35,993 bases of DNA from Octopus bimaculoides (Eukaryota): assembly GCF_001194135.2 (NCBI RefSeq), contig NC_068989.1, forward strand, positions 37,652,416-37,688,408, given 5' to 3'. Each line of letters opens with the position of its first letter. The first letter of the stretch is position 1. Shown one piece after another: positions 21,591-32,639 of this stretch. The translations under genes and the position numbers were made by a program. The notes below the pieces were generated by a model. It searched no databases. It was not told where the DNA came from and saw only the letters and a program-made list of their open reading frames with translations.

Positions 21591-22150
21591 GTTATTAGAA
21601 TCATCTGTTTTGTTTTTTTTTTGTTATTGGAATTACGTTTGGAGATTTGTAAGTAAATTTGATTAATTGTTACCTGTTGCAGGACTCATTGTTATTGTTC
21701 TACTGTTATAGCCATTAGGTAGTTAATTAACTGCTTGAACTATTGTTGTTGTTACCTTCCCCCTCGGGGGAAAGATTTGTATAAACTGTGAATTTTTTTA
21801 CCTCGTTGTAGAGGGAACTTATTAATTTTGAGAGGGGCCACATTAAGGCAGAACGCCCTTCACCCAATGCATAGGAACCAAAAGAAAAAGTCGCACCTCT
21901 ACCTCCACCGAAATTGTCTACAAGCGAGGAGGAGCCTGGGAAGGAAGAAGAACAGTAATGGACATAAGCTAAAAGAAGGAGGAAAACAAAAAGGGTCTGA
22001 GAAAAAAGATGTGAATTCCCACCCTACTCGCGCCCGACTTCCACCCGATCCCATGCTGTCACACCCTCCCCCTGCAATCACCGATTCTTCCCTGCCCTTC
22101 TTGACAGAAGCAATAACAGAAACAGACAGGTGCCCCAAACCTTGAGACAC
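21591..22150 (+). mobile_element. Tx1-like module A: 5' UTR plus ORF1 C-terminal remnant (internally deleted)
   Basis: Starts with the junction motif GTTATTAGAATCATCTG, has a TG-rich leader and a CCCCC/GGGGG hairpin (21757-21772), then basic and Pro-rich segments (HPTRARLPPDPMLSHPPPA) similar to those in modules B and C. Confidence 0.6.
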
Positions 22151-23795
22151 TTGTATTTGCTGCTTTACGGCAGTGTTGTTAACGCTGTCCCCTTCTTTGA
22201 AGGGTGAAGCGCATTATTTGTGTCTTCATGATGTATGAAGATTTGAATTCTTCAGACGAAACGACGTCTGAAGAAGAATTACTGAGAAGTTTGGATATTA
22301 CAGACCAGAAGATGAAACAAATGACGGTGGGAAAAAAAATGAATTTTGCAGCTGCGGCTGGTGAAACACAAGAGATTCGTTTAAAGAAGGTGAAATTGAA
22401 CAAGTACACGGAAATCCTGCGAAGGGAGGGGCACGAAGGAAAAGTGACACCTCCTAGTGAAGTTACAGAGGACACGCAAAAAAAGACAATAATATATAGA
22501 ACGCATAGTCTGGATGCAAAGAGAATGGAGATAGTGACAAAACTACAAGTAGATAAGGCTTTGGGACTCATCTAGCAGGATGTCACCTACCTTGCTAGAG
22601 GGAGGAAATACGCAACTGTGGAGGTGCGATTTGCATCCGAGGCGAAGGTCAGGCAACATTCGGCAGCCTCCCTGAAAACGGGCGCGGTAATACTTCTACC
22701 TACTTACCTTGGAAGACGTGCTTCCAGGGTAAGGGTGGAAGAGATACCCCCGTAGGTAGATGTCACCTGGCTGGTGGCGGTAATACTGCTGGATGTAGAA
22801 GAGATGATAGAGGTCCTCCAAGTAACGAGAACGCCACCGAAGAATTGGCAAGGGCAGACCTTGGAGATAATCATCCAAGCTGCACCGGAGGACCTTGAAA
22901 GAATGGTCGACGCCATATCGGTGGGCGAGTTATTAAGAATTAAGGTGGAGGGAAAGAAGCACCAATGTTATAAATGTGGCCAGAAAGGCCACATAAGAGT
23001 CGACCACAAAGACACCACAGAGACATCACTACAGGCCCGAAGGAAAATCGCACCTCCACCTCCTGAAATAACAAGTCGTAGAGGAGGGAGTGTGGAGAAA
23101 CTCGGCAAAGAGGATGGCAAGAAGGCATAAATGGAGAAAGAGAAAACAGAATAATGGAAGACGGTAAACCGGAAAAAGAGAAAAAAGAGAACTCGGTATT
23201 GATGTTAACCCTCATCCTAACCCCACCCCACTCTCCCCTTGCAGACACCAACTCTCACCCTGCTCCACCAGACACTGACACTATGGCTACAAACACGCAG
23301 GAGCCCCAAATCTCTCAACCCCCACCCTATGAAAAATGTTGCATTGTTTTCTACAACGAGTCATTCGATGAGTTGTGCGCGGAAGTAAACAATCTGGATG
23401 AGGTGATAAAAGTCGATATTGAAGAGTGTTAAGGATTGCTCTGGCGTGTTAAATGTGTATTTATGGACAGAAAGTACTCGCAAAGATTAAGTGAGGATTA
23501 CGGGACAAATGTCATTATCTCACAAATGGAAATTGATACCAGGGGAATGCAGTTAACGGTAAGCTATCGTGAACTTTTAAAAATTTAACATGGAGATATT
23601 AAGTGATAATTAAGTGATTAATTGTTTTTAAAAAGTTTCAACGAGGTCACTTGGATTGTAGGACCCGAGTGGCCTCTATTGCATCCATCCATTTTTTATA
23701 CCATCCTTCTCATTCATTTTCTCCCACTTTTGTGGTTTTGTCCATCTTTGTACTGTCCCTCTATGTTTAGCCCCGCTGTGGGCAATAAAGAAATC
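22151..23795 (+). mobile_element. Tx1-like module B: ORF1-only element with its own 3' UTR and AATAAA
   Basis: Leader hairpin (22190-22204), ORF1 pseudogene, then a pyrimidine-rich 3' UTR ending gccccgctgtgggcAATAAAgaaatc (AATAAA 23784-23789). No EN/RT motifs seen between ORF1 and the 3' end. Confidence 0.75.
22231..23588 (+). pseudogene. ORF1 (gag-like) of module B: RRM-like region, zinc knuckle, basic and Pro-rich regions, C-terminal domain
   Basis: One frame runs 22231-23130 with two TAG stops (22573, 22753): MYEDLNSSDETTSEEEL...VEVRFASEAKVRQHS...LLPTYLGRRASRVRVEEIPP...CYKCGQKGHIRVDH (22966-23007). It continues through further stops and a frameshift. Confidence 0.8.
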
Positions 23796-24038
23796 GTTGT
23801 TAAAATCATCTGGAACGCTGCATGAAATGTATAGATTGTGAACTACTTGAGATTCGTTCTCCTCACTTTTTAGTTGGACGTGGAGTTTCAGAAAAGTTAG
23901 TAAGTTGCTTGTTGTTTTATGTGCGTTACATTGTTGAACTGTTGTGTTTTTAAAAAGACACCTTGTTCTTCCCGCGCGAGCGGGACTGTTGTCGTTGTCC
24001 CCCTTGTTTGAAGGGGGAAACGTTATTTAACTTTTAAA

Positions 24039-25296
24039 ATGCAATATGATAATATCAGTACGTCCGACATCAGTACGTCGGAGGAAGAGTTGGAGAATTG
24101 CTTAATTAATATAGAGAAGGAGCTAGCGCGAAGTGGGGGGGAAACCAGTTTGAAAAGTGGTAAAAGATTTGCGGACGTAACCGGAGTTAAGAAGGAGTTA
24201 AGAGAGAAAAGAAATCGAGAAGTGTTTGGCACCAATCTGGCCAGAAATAACTTAGCTGGCTAGGGGTGCCAAATATTCCACAGTGGAAGTGAGGTTCTCA
24301 TCAGAGGGAAAGGCGAAGCAACACTCCGTGGCCACATTGTCTTCGGACAATATAATCCTCCTACCCTCCTACCTTGGAAGACGGGCTTCCAGGGTGAGGG
24401 TGGAGGAGATACCACCAGAGGTGGACGTTGCCTGGTTAGCGGCGGCGATAGTGTTGGGCCTGGAGGAGGTGACAATCCTCCAGGCTGTGAGAATACCTGA
24501 AAGGGACTGGCTAGAGCAAGGTCTGGAAATGGTCGTCCAGGTTACCCCAAAGACCTAAATGTTATCACAGACATCATAGTAGTGGGTGATAGGAAACTGA
24601 GGGTAATGGTGGAGGGCAGGAAGCCTAGGTGCTTCAAATGTGATCAGAAAGGCCACATTAGAGTTGAGTGCCCTCCTCCCCTGCAAAAGTTACAATGACT
24701 ATATCGACGGAGACTACACTTCCACCTTTTGAAGCGTCGAAGCCGGAAGGAATACAAAAACTAGGGGAAAAAGAGGAAATAAGAGAGGAGTGGACAGCGG
24801 TTAACAGGAAGAGAAACAGTAAGCGGCAGAAAAAAGTGTACACCTGTGATGAGATTTCCCCAACCCGCTCCCGTCCTACCCCAACCTGTCCTACTCCAAC
24901 CTGTCCTACCCCAACCTGCCCTTGCCTCGCAGATACCAGCCCTCGACATGCCCCACCAGACGCTGACCCTGCCCCTACAAAAAAGCAAGCAGCACACATA
25001 AACAGCAAACCTCCCAATCACCGTTCCGTGTGTGAGGCGGGGAAAACACCTTTGTGGCATATAGTAAAGAGAACAAGAACATAGTGAAAACGCTTCAAAA
25101 TATAAACAAACTGATAAAGATTGACATTTTTGAGGACTACCCACCTCATATGGATGGAGTACTCATTGACAGTGAGCACGTTCAAGAACTCAGAGAAGTG
25201 TTTGGGAAGGAAGACTGCGATTTGGAGGAAGAAGTGGACACAGCTGGACTAAAAGATATGGTAAGGTCACATGATTTATTTAAACGGTTCAATTGA
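24039..25296 (+). pseudogene. ORF1 (gag-like) of module C with intact CCHC zinc knuckle
   Basis: MQYDNISTSDISTSEEEL...VEVRFSSEGKAKQHS...LLPSYLGRRASRVRVEEIPPE...CFKCDQKGHIRVEC (24630-24671)...EEWTAVNRKR...PTPTC x3...LFKRFN*. Contains a deletion, stops and frameshifts. Confidence 0.85.
24875..24919 (+). repeat. 15-bp x3 coding tandem repeat (PTPTC)
   Basis: cctaccccaacctgt, cctactccaacctgt, cctaccccaacctgc. Confidence 0.9.
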
Positions 25297-25496
25297 GTAC
25301 TATCACATCCAAAATATACTATAAAAGAGATCAATGCGGTCGCTCGGAGTGTGGGGTTCGTGTCGCAGTCATTCCATCTGTCAATATTTTTTTGCATTTC
25401 TTTTTCATCAGTTTGTGTTTTTTCCCCTCCTTTTGTGTTTTATTCGTACTTGTGCTGTCCCCTCTGTGTAAGACCCTTGTAGTTGGTTAAAAATAA

Positions 25497-28400
25497 GTTG
25501 TTACAATCATCTGGACTGACTTGTTCGTGAATGTTGTTTGTGCGTTGTTCGAAAGGTTTGGCGTAAGTTTGTAATATTTGTGGATATTTTGTTGAATTTA
25601 CACTTTTGGATTGTTACGTGGCTGAACTTTTGTTTAGCGTTTTCTGTAAAACACCCTATTTTTCTGCTTGAGGCAGTCTTTTGCTAACGTTTTCCCACTT
25701 GTGTGAAGGGGAAAATATTGTTACATTTTGTGGGGGGAAAAACACACAAAACATGGATAAATCGCGAATTAAATTGTCAAAAACTGGTAATGAACCTGGT
25801 ACAAGTTCTTCGAACAGTACCAAAAGCACAGAAAACAGCACAGCATTCATAAACATGCCATCTGGAGAAGATTTTATGCAGGGAAAAAAGGAAGCAATTC
25901 TGCGGCAGCAGCCACTATTTCGAAAAAGTTAATTAACTGCGGAAGGGACGAGTTAGGAAAATATAAAGGAATTATGGAAAGGGAGGGGAGTGAAACTGTG
26001 ATTACCCCTCCCAGTGAAACCACTCATAATGCACAATGGTGCTCAGTCGTTTATTGTAAAAACAAGAAAAAATGGACAATGCGAGTAAGGAGGTGGTGGA
26101 GCTGTGCAGTTTGGAATGACGTGGCATACATCACAAGAGGAGTGCAGTATGTTACTATAGAAGTCCGGTTTAAAACGGAAGAAAAGGCGAAACAAGCGTC
26201 GACGATACCATTAAAAACGGTGGAGATGGTACTCATACCTACTTATCTTGGAAGGCGGACTTACAAGATTAAGGTTGGTCGTCCTTGACGTGACGCTAAG
26301 TAGTGGTAAGGTCTACAGGCTGGTAGCTGTGTACGCTCCCTCGGGAACTAGACAGTTTAATTTTTTCGAGGCCTGGAGAAGTTTCTTGGGACGTTTCACA
26401 CCATAGTAGTTTTAGATGACTTTCACGTAATCTGCGATGCACGCTTAGATTTTTGTTGGCTCGTCTACTGATAGGAGGTGAAACCCGTGCTTCACTAATC
26501 TGCTCAGTTGATTTCAGCTGGCAGATAGGTACAGACTAGATGTCCCAGACGCTCCATTGTGGGCATGGACTAATAGTGATGGGTCATCTAGATCTTATTT
26601 AGACAGGATTCTTATAAGGGAAATAGACAAAAACTTAGTTAGTCGTCCACAATTTCACTATGTCAGCTACAGTGATCACAAATTTTTGACCTGTAGGCTG
26701 GACTTAGATAAGTTACGTAGACATGGATCCGGCTATTGGAAAACCAATAAGTAACTTTTGGCTCATGGGGAGTATAGGAGTCGGAGTAGAGAATTAGTGA
26801 TAACGGCATCGTGTGGTGCCATTATTAACAACAATTGGTGGTATGCCTTCAAAAGAGCCATAAAATTTGAGTCATCAGGTATAGTAAAGAGTTTGTGGCT
26901 AAGAAAAATAGAGTAGGAAGGGCTTTTGTTAGGGCCCTACACGAAGCATTGGAATTTGGCTCCGCGCACCAAGTTTTCGCTGCGAGAATGGCACTTAAAC
27001 ATCACCACGTGGCCAAAAATGAAGGATGCGTAGTCAGGGCTAAGCAACGTGCAATTGGGACGCGAAGGAATCAAAGCTGCGAGATGGGTCCCTGTGAGAC
27101 CCAACGTGACAGTAATGGCACTATAAGTCTTTGAAGAATAATCAAGGGAACGTGGTAAACGAGTTCGAGATGTGTAAGGTCTATCAGGAGCATTTCGCCC
27201 TACTTTTCGGGAGGAGCGGCAAGCTGGAATGTAGGAGGGACCTCACGGACTTCCTCGCTGGCGTGCCGCGTCTCTCGGGGTGGGAAGCGGAGTGCTGTGA
27301 GGGCAGCCGGGGAGTGGTGACACTGCTTAGAAAGGACCCAAACAAGGGGGATATTATAGATAATTTCAAGCCCATCACTCCGCTTAACACAGAGTTGAAG
27401 ATTTTGACCAAGGTGTTAGCAAAAAGGTTGGCACGTGTCGTAGAGGGCGTCGCTGGAGAGGCACAAACTTGTGCCGTTCCTGGAAAATCCATACAAGACA
27501 ATCTCCACCTTCTACGCTACACCTTAAATAGAGTTAACGGGTCTTCTGGCAAGGGTGGGGCGCTGGTCCATTTAGACCTGTCTAAAGCTTTTGACAGGGT
27601 TGACCATCATTATTTGGTGTCGGTCCTTGCAGTGTTCGGGCTCGACCCCGTCTTCCGCGGGTGGATCATTGCTTTGTACAGCAACATCGACTCGATCGTT
27701 GGGGTGAACGGTTCTTCTCGAAGCCGTTCAACATCAAGTACTTTGTTCGTCAAGGGTGTCCTCTTGCTCTCTCTCCCCGCTTCTGTATGTGTTGGCTCTG
27801 GAGTCCTTCCTGCGGAAGTTGGGGGTGTTGCTTGAGGGGCGTTCTACGCAATCTAAGTTGTAGTAGAAAGGTTTTGGCGTACGCAGATGATATCACCATT
27901 ATCGTGTCCGAGATGGTACACCTACAGAGGGTAGGCAAAGCTACTAAGGACTACGAGGCGGTGGCAGGAGCAAAAGTTAACCGGCATAAGTCTGTTGGCT
28001 TGCAACTCGGCACCTGGAGGGGCAAGATGATACCACCCAACAATGTCGTAGGGCGTTGGATGGAGGGGCCAGTTAAAATGCTAGGGGTTTGGTTTGGTCG
28101 AGACGTCCAGATAGAGAAGAATTGGTGCGAGGTGACGATCAGGGTGACCTATCTAACTCAGACCTGGTCTAAGTGGCGGCTATCCCTGAAAGGAAGGGCG
28201 GAGGTCGCAGGAGTGTTTATCGCTTCTGTGATTCCCTACCGCCTAACCGTCGTGCCTTGTTCCTGTTCGTGACTGATCAAGTTGGCCGCTCTTCCGCTTT
28301 TTGTGAAGGTGTAGAAGTCCTCCTGTAAAGCGCTCTGTCTGCTGCCAGCATCCGCTAAAGGATGGGCTAGGGATGCCCTGGCCGTTGATGAGCAGACATG

Positions 28401-28670
28401 CGCTGAGGCTGAAACATCTGTGGCTCTACCTGGATGGTGAACAGGTGTGGTCTCCGTTCGTTCGGTCGTTACTTCCTGAGCTTACTAGTTTGAGTGAACT
28501 AAGACCTTGGATCAAGTGCAGACCAAAGTTGGGTGCCTGGCAAGCGGAGTGTCGTGAGTCACTCAAACTTCTCTGTCACACGGGCAACGCCAGCGGCAAG
28601 GGTTCCTCCTCGTCTTTCTATATAGAGTTGGTAGAGGCTCAGTGTGACGACGTCCTGGGGAAGACTGTAG
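25497..28670 (+). mobile_element. Tx1/L1-clade LINE module D: truncated ORF1 plus decayed ORF2 (APE endonuclease and RT), 3' end missing
   Basis: Begins with GTTGTTACAATCATCTG, has a leader hairpin (25690-25715) and ORF1 from about 25753 (IEVRFKTEEKAKQAS...LIPTYLGRR), then joins directly to ORF2. Confidence 0.88.
26277..28670 (+). pseudogene. ORF2 pseudogene: APE endonuclease and reverse transcriptase, Tx1-like
   Basis: RLVAVYAP; DDFH (~GDFN); SRSYLDRIL; SDH (26671-26679); GYWKTN; NFKPITPLNTELKILTKVLAKRL; QTCAVPGKSIQDN; LDLSKAFDRVDH; VRQGCP; YADD (27880-27891); GAKVNRHKS. Multiple stops and frameshifts. Confidence 0.92.
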
Positions 28671-28799
28671 CCTTCGCTGTGTATTTGTATGTAAGTGTAT
28701 AGGTGGCATTTCATGAGCGGAATAAAAGGTGAAAGTTGTTATAGAAAGAGGAAATGATATTGTGTTACAGGGGAAAATATCTATTTGACTCACTCTTTT

Positions 28800-29626
28800 T
28801 CCTTCGTTTCTTTGTCTTTTTTCTTGGATCGGTCGTAAACGTTCATAAGAGAAAGTAGCAACTGAAATGATTTAATTCCGATTCTTTAATCCAATTTGGA
28901 AGAGGCTGACCGGTATTGGTATGTATGTGTTTATTTGTATGTATGTGTGTATTTGCATGTATGTATGAGTGTGCATAAAAATGACGCTGTGGCCAAAGTG
29001 ATGGTATTTAGAAAGGGTGATAAGAAACAGCAAATAAATAAAAGAAAATGACAGGTATTTGTATGTATGTGTGTATTAATGTGTTTTCTCTCTCTGTTTA
29101 TATATANNNNNNNNNNTATTTGTATGTATGTGTGTATTAATGTGTTTTCTCTCTCTGTTTATATATATGGTAGTAAGTAAATGTTTGACTGTCGATCGTA
29201 TTTGGAAAAGGCTGACCCGTAATTGTATGTATGTGTTTATTTGTACGTATGTATGTATGAGTGTGTATAAAAAGATTGGTAAATTTTCAGATTAACACCC
29301 GCACGATTTTCACTACAGTGTTAGGGTTAGGGTTAGGGTTTGTTAGGGTTAGGTAGGTAATGGTGCGGGTGTTAATCTCAAGATTTACGAAAAGATTTTC
29401 AAAAACTCACAGTTTGTAGGGAATAAATGTTTGTCGATCGTATTTGAAAAAGATGTCTCGCTGGTGAAGGACGGAGTTAGAAATGGAAAGTAAACTGTCA
29501 TTACAGTATCGAAATGTGATTGTTTCAGTTTTGATACTGAAATAGTTTTCTTTTACTGTCAGTGTTTCTCCTTTCTTTCTTTTTGTATTTGTTGTTGGAT
29601 TGTTCGTAAAGGTTCATAAGAGAAAG
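28800..29626. repeat. Complex degenerate direct-repeat region with (TATG)n cores
   Basis: About 28882-28985 resembles 29207-29278 (ggctgacc.gta.t.gtatgtatgtgtttatttgta...gagtgtg.ataaaaa); about 28800-28856 resembles 29575-29626 (..tcgtaaa.gttcataagagaaag); gtcgatcgtatttg occurs near 29191 and 29433. Confidence 0.75.
29279..29388. repeat. 26-bp inverted repeat enclosing a short interstitial (TTAGGG)n tract
   Basis: gtaaattttcagattaacacccgcac (29279-29304) versus the reverse complement of 29363-29388, 24/26 identical. TTAGGG units at 29321-29353. Confidence 0.9.
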
Positions 29627-30131
29627 NNNNNNNNNNNNNNNNNNNNNNNNNNNNNNNNNNNNNNNNNNNNNNNNNNNNNNNNNNNNNNNNNNNNNNNNNN
29701 NNNNNNNNNNNNNNNNNNNNNNNNNNNNNNNNNNNNNNNNNNNNNNNNNNNNNNNNNNNNNNNNNNNNNNNNNNNNNNNNNNNNNNNNNNNNNNNNNNNN
29801 NNNNNNNNNNNNNNNNNNNNNNNNNNNNNNNNNNNNNNNNNNNNNNNNNNNNNNNNNNNNNNNNNNNNNNNNNNNNNNNNNNNNNNNNNNNNNNNNNNNN
29901 NNNNNNNNNNNNNNNNNNNNNNNNNNNNNNNNNNNNNNNNNNNNNNNNNNNNNNNNNNNNNNNNNNNNNNNNNNNNNNNNNNNNNNNNNNNNNNNNNNNN
30001 NNNNNNNNNNNNNNNNNNNNNNNNNNNNNNNNNNNNNNNNNNNNNNNNNNNNNNNNNNNNNNNNNNNNNNNNNNNNNNNNNNNNNNNNNNNNNNNNNNNN
30101 NNNNNNNNNNNNNNNNNNNNNNNNNNNNNNN

Positions 30132-30194
<63 letters not shown>
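30132..30194. repeat. (AC)n microsatellite at a gap edge
   Basis: Directly visible. Confidence 0.95.
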
Positions 30195-30197
<3 letters not shown>

Positions 30198-32639
30198 CTA
30201 TATTCTTGTATAAAATCATATGCAACACGTTCGAGCATTTTCGGATGTTATAAGACCTTCCACTGTGGAAATAGCTCCGGGAGAAAAGTTTCCACTTAGA
30301 CATATATGTAAACAAACTCCTGGAGCTGGGAATGACGTCATTGGATTATAAACCTGCATGCATTTCTGCATTGTTCTGCTTTGTCAGCTACGAAAACGAA
30401 ATCCGTTTTTTACAGACAAAATAAGAACGAAATTATTCTTATTAAAAGAGCAAACGGAATGTTGGCTGATGTGTATAAAGCTTGGTCAAGATAGACTTAA
30501 ATAATGTCGCACGAAACAGCGTTGAACGAATTATGCTACAACGTCGTTCTTGTATTCGCACTCCAAATTTATGTTAAATCTGGAATATTTCATCTCTTAT
30601 CTTTTATTTGTATCTTTTATATCGTTCGCTCACTGTTTCTCTTCATGTTTACATTGTTACTATGTTATTAAAATTATTGAAAAATGTGTTAAAAGAAATA
30701 TACATAGTATATACTTTAACTAGTCTTAACTATGGAACGAAATCAAGGATACAATCTATCTACAATATTATCCTGCTATTGTATGAATACGCAGAGATAC
30801 ATTTATCAAAATTTAATGCGCTTTACTACAGAGGAAAATGCATTTGGTCGCACTTGACTACACAGTCCCAGTGAACTAAATAAAGCAGCTGCCTCGATGA
30901 ACTGTAACTTCTAAACAATATATCAGTCATACGTATATATATATATTAAACTTCATTTTACACAGTTATTTACCAGTCAGTCGTCTTATGGATAATATGG
31001 TGACTATAACAGATAATGTTTTTGATATTTCTATAGTTTATCAGTTAGTTTTCGGACGAACATATGCTCTTTATAATAACTTATGTCTTCCATTTCATTT
31101 TATAGTTTATCAGTCAACTGTCTTGTCAATAAAAATGTTGTGTGTATAACAAAGTCTTGTACTTCAATTCATAAAGTTAAACACAGAGTTTGTTTACAGT
31201 GTTATATACGTAGACCGTAGAAGAAAATGTATAGATTCTACCGTAAGTAAAAGCTTTTCAGAACGAACATCTGTCTTAATCTGGTTCACTCAAAAATTTT
31301 TTTTTTTCAGTGAAGTAAACAAATTGCTTATGTTTTATGAAGATGCCTTAGCATCGCTAGCTTCAGACTAACGAAACAGTGGAACAAAGGCAAAATGTCA
31401 CACCTAGTACAAAACCGGCAGCAACCTTGTTTATAGGTGTATGGATAAGTATTGTCACTTAATTTTCCTACTGACAGATATTATTTTGTATCAAATAAAT
31501 ACTACCTACGTTCATTGTTTCCTTCAGAAACAATGTATATGGGTAGTATTATATAGCTCTGGGACGCAGTTTTATGCGAGAGATGTTTGCAGTTCATATT
31601 ACGAGGCATTGTGATACCTGAAACATCATTCACTAACAACTCGAACCCAGTCTTCGACAGGTTGGTTTTCCGAAATTTTCTGTCTTAACAATACCATCAA
31701 ATTAAAAGCTTAACTGAATAAAATATTTATAGTGATAAACGCACGTATTGGAGTTCCTTATTTACTCCACGTGGTTTCAAATAACACACAAAGTTAATTT
31801 CTGGTAAGGACACCTTATTTCGTTACACAGCCATAATATACTACCTAGTATAATAAAGGCTTATTACTAAATACTGAGCCTCATCTGTGTTAGTAGTGCT
31901 ATTAAATCACTTTCTGAAGTTATCTCCACAAATCAGAGCTGGCTCTAATTTCTATAGAGAATCTGTAAAGTTAACTTTAAAAAGTCGCACGTAAAGTGTA
32001 TTATAGCAATCAAATGCATACTAACAAAAGAAATAGAGAAATACATTGTAAAAAGAATCTACCCCTCGAACTTAGCATAAAGTGTATGACACAAACGATA
32101 TATTGAACACAAAAGAACCTCAAAAACCCACAAGTACGTTTAAGTCAAGATCTTATCAACTACGAAACCCCAACAATGTAAACCGTAAAGAAAACCCCAC
32201 TAATGATCACATTGTTAAAAAAATAGACTATGAACCAGACAGTTGTAACCTTAATGACTTTAAGTGTTATATTAGCCATATAAGGATGACTATCTTCTCC
32301 AGGCTCACCACGCAATTTTAGCAGAAGAGAAATGCAATACATTACATCAGACTAGATGAGAAAACATTAGTGAACAACATATGTATACGCTAAAGAACCA
32401 CACATAAAAACAGGTGATTAATCATGGAAGCCATATTCATAATGTAACAGAACGCTAAAATAAATACAGAGACAGTATGCAGCAGTTCAGAAAGCAGATA
32501 AAACACCTGAACTGACCAGGTATAAGTCTCACGGTCAAATTTTAAATTGAAAACATAATTGATAACAGACATAAATCTAGAACAGTCATATATTCAAAAC
32601 AAGATGTCTGAAGGAAAGGCTATTTCACTTATACATAAA

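Larger units (their letters stand above)
23796..25496 (+). mobile_element. Tx1-like module C: apparently full-length ORF1-only element
   Basis: Begins with GTTGTTAAAATCATCTG, has a TG-rich leader and hairpin (23998-24018), an ORF1 pseudogene, and a 3' UTR similar to B (ttgtgctgtcccctctgtgtaagaccc versus ttgtactgtccctctatgtttagcccc). No EN/RT motifs seen. Confidence 0.8.

Noticed and set aside
29056-29167. Exact 51-bp direct repeat on either side of a 10-N gap
   Set aside because: Typical unmerged contig overlap, so an assembly artefact rather than a biological duplication.
29321-29353. True telomere or chromosome-fusion scar
   Set aside because: Only about five units, embedded in an inverted-repeat element, with no head-to-head TTAGGG/CCCTAA arrangement.
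30333-30352. CRE (TGACGTCA), reverse CCAAT and TATAAA cluster
   Set aside because: The spacing is too tight for a normal core promoter, there is no downstream gene, and the site sits at the end of a fragment resembling the foldback repeat module at 10557-10600.
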